DNA from: Mobula hypostoma
Taxonomy: Eukaryota
Assembly: GCF_963921235.1 (NCBI RefSeq)
Contig: NC_086109.1
Location: 33,916,001 to 33,980,000, forward strand
Direction: 5' to 3'
Length of the DNA stretch: 64,000 nt
The notes under the pieces were generated by a model. It did no database searches. It saw only the letters and a program-made list of their open reading frames with translations, and had not been told where the DNA came from. A program made the position numbers and the translations under genes. Positions 61,701-64,000 of the stretch are shown here, one piece after another (position 1 is the stretch's first letter; the number at the start of each line of letters is the position of its first letter).

Positions 61701-63084
61701 AAAAAAACCTGTGATGTGGGAGCAGATTGTACAGTATCTTTGGCACAGGTGTGGCAGTTTGACTGGCTGCAGTGTGAGACTTCAGGATTCTATTTATTAT
61801 TTCTTGTCTACTCCCCTCCTTCTGCTTGGGATCTGGGAAAGAGAGCCTTAGGATCCTTAAAATACATATTGGTTGGCCAATTTGCACAAATGAATCTGAA
61901 ATTTGTACCTGATCCAGCTTGAAAACATATAAGTCACCATAACTGGCCTCTGTTTAAAGATGAATAACTATTGAAGCCAAGCTGGTCAGAAGGTGAGTTG
62001 TAGCGAGGTGAACACGCCTGAAATGAACTGATTGTTAGTGCCTGGTGGGATCTCAAATATTATGATTGACAGTTCAAATAACCTGTCTCATGTGCAGGCA
62101 CAGTTGAAACTATTAATTTCAATCACTGCACTGAAAGATCTTTCTGTAGTTATAAATGCATGGTAATGATGAGTGACTTTGAATGTGCATAGTTTAGTTT
62201 GAAGCTAAATCATGCACCTGCTTGGCTCCACATTGCAGAGTTGGAAACAATCCTTGATGTGAATGAATTATTAAAGACAACAAAGGCTGGATTTTGACCT
62301 CCATTAGGGTCTCTACCATCTGCTTGAGTTTGAATAATATCTGATGTTTACATTATTTTTAGAATATCATGCATAAAAGAGTATATAACAGTATGCAAAC
62401 AAAGAAAGTAGTACAACGTAATCTTCTTTCACCGGTGCACTATTTATACCAAGCCATTGGCAAAATAAAGTTGGGCTAAAGCTCAAAGCAGCCGGCAACG
62501 TCGTTTGGAGTAGAGTGGGTCCAAATTCTATTGTTTCATCTCACAAGAAGTGTGTTTGAATTGAGCCCAAAAAAACAAAATGAAAATCTCTCCCTGCAGG
62601 ATACATGGTCACCAATATGAAATAGATTCCAAAAAATAGCTAACATCCATCACACAAAACCATCTATGATTACACTGGTAGCTTCAATAAAAGCCAAAAG
62701 GTTACTTTTTTCACTTGAGTGAAAAATCAGCAGGCTCTGATGAATCAAATACTACGGAAAGGCATCAATTGTTGTCTCGTCAAAGTGAAAAGGTTACTCT
62801 CTTGAAATAAAGAGGTGACACAAATTTAGGAATTATCACACTCCCACCTTAGAGCTGAACAGGAACTGTTTAATAATAGTCGCTCATTGAAAAACAATGG
62901 GATAATTGAGTGGTGACCTTCACCATTTTAAAATATGGTTCACTGGAAAATTGAAGCTGGCAGTTAAGAAATTGACTGGAATGAAGTGAAGCACAAAATC
63001 GGCTATATGCCTCTTAAACTGAAGTATAATGTAATACAGATTTTTAATTTCAATTTGTCTAATATCACATATTAAAGAGTTAGT

Positions 63085-63410
63085 AGAGGTCAGCATAGTG
63101 GTTCAGGAATTAATGCTTCTGTTTGACCCTGACTTTGGGTGCTGTCTATGCAAAGTTTGCACATTCCCACCAGAACTGCATTGGTTTCTATTGTGCCCTC
63201 AGGTTTCTACCCAAAGACATGCAGGTACATCACCTGACTCCTATAGATTATCCCTTTGAGCAGGTTGATAGGAAAAGGAATCAAAGGAGAATTGATGGGT
63301 ATGTGTGGAAGAGAATAAATTTACAGGACTACAGAGAAATAAGGAGAAGGGGAATGGGACTGGTGGAATGTTTCTACTAGGAGCAATATAGACCCAATGA
63401 TCTTCCGTGG
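63085..63410 (+). mobile_element. Decayed V-SINE
   Basis: TTGACCCTGACTTTGGGTGCTGTCTATGCAAAGTTTGCACATTCCC...CCCAAAGACATGCAGGT. Confidence 0.65.
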
Positions 63411-63631
63411 AAGATATCACATGGAAGGATTTGGTGTGTTCATATAATAGTAGTTCCTTTCCTCCAGAGTATTTTGCTGAAAATTATTACCTTTATTGAC
63501 TATATTTTTGAAATTCTGGGCATTTTTGTGGAAGTCAATATTTATTGTCCATCCATATCTAATTTCCCCAATGAAGGTGGTTGTGAGCCACCATCTAGAA
63601 CTGCTACAACTCTCCTGGTGAAGGTACTTCC

Positions 63632-64000
63632 TTTCTTCTTTCTTTATTAATCTTTTTATTGATTTAGAAGGAATATAAATACAAACAAGAGGAGAATTAT
63701 CTCAAATATATATATCAATAACAATACAAACAGAGATTAAAATAGACATTATCAAAATCAAACATAGTGTTAAGCCAGTACGTAATACATAATAAAAAAG
63801 AAAACAACTAATTCTCCTCTTACCAGTTCATGAAGAGAAATGAAAAAACTTTGAATTGTAAATGAAGAAAAAAGAACTCACTACACTATACAAAAGGAAA
63901 CGGACTGGGCAGTCCATTCAAAGAATACGACCAAAAAAAAGGAAAGACTTTCTGATCAAATCTAAAACTTTGAAAAAAAAATTGGAAGAGTAATAAATCA
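63632..64000 (-). mobile_element. Probable L1/Tx1-like 3' end running off the window edge
   Basis: T-rich start with TTTATT (reverse AATAAA) twice, followed by A-rich + strand sequence; no coding motif inside the window. Confidence 0.4.

Overview
Vertebrate genomic DNA with no recognisable host protein-coding gene. The repeat repertoire (HE1/V-SINEs, CR1, Rex1/Babar, Penelope-like elements with hammerhead termini) suggests a cartilaginous fish, probably a ray; this is inference. Bases 1-~22,195 are the right part of a purine/G-rich tandem array (53-bp monomer, roughly 420 copies) with a ~3,675-bp higher-order period. All the long Pro/Ser/Leu/His-rich minus-strand ORFs come from this array and are not genes. 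The monomer and the array's right flank match the purine-rich terminal region of Penelope-like elements found later in the window, so the satellite appears to have grown out of a Penelope terminus. Bases ~22,200-64,000 are mostly nested, decayed transposons: CR1, Rex1/Babar, RTE, Hero (restriction-like endonuclease LINE), Penelope-like elements, Tc1 derivatives, a hAT MITE, SINEs, and an internally deleted Tf1/sushi-type chromovirus LTR element. Highlights: minimal hammerhead ribozyme motifs, two of them inside a 92-bp fold-back; a 480-bp structured element with a 13-bp TSD that may carry a 5' ribozyme; and an 11-nt self-priming signature in the LTR element. Boundaries of decayed elements are approximate and were read by eye.
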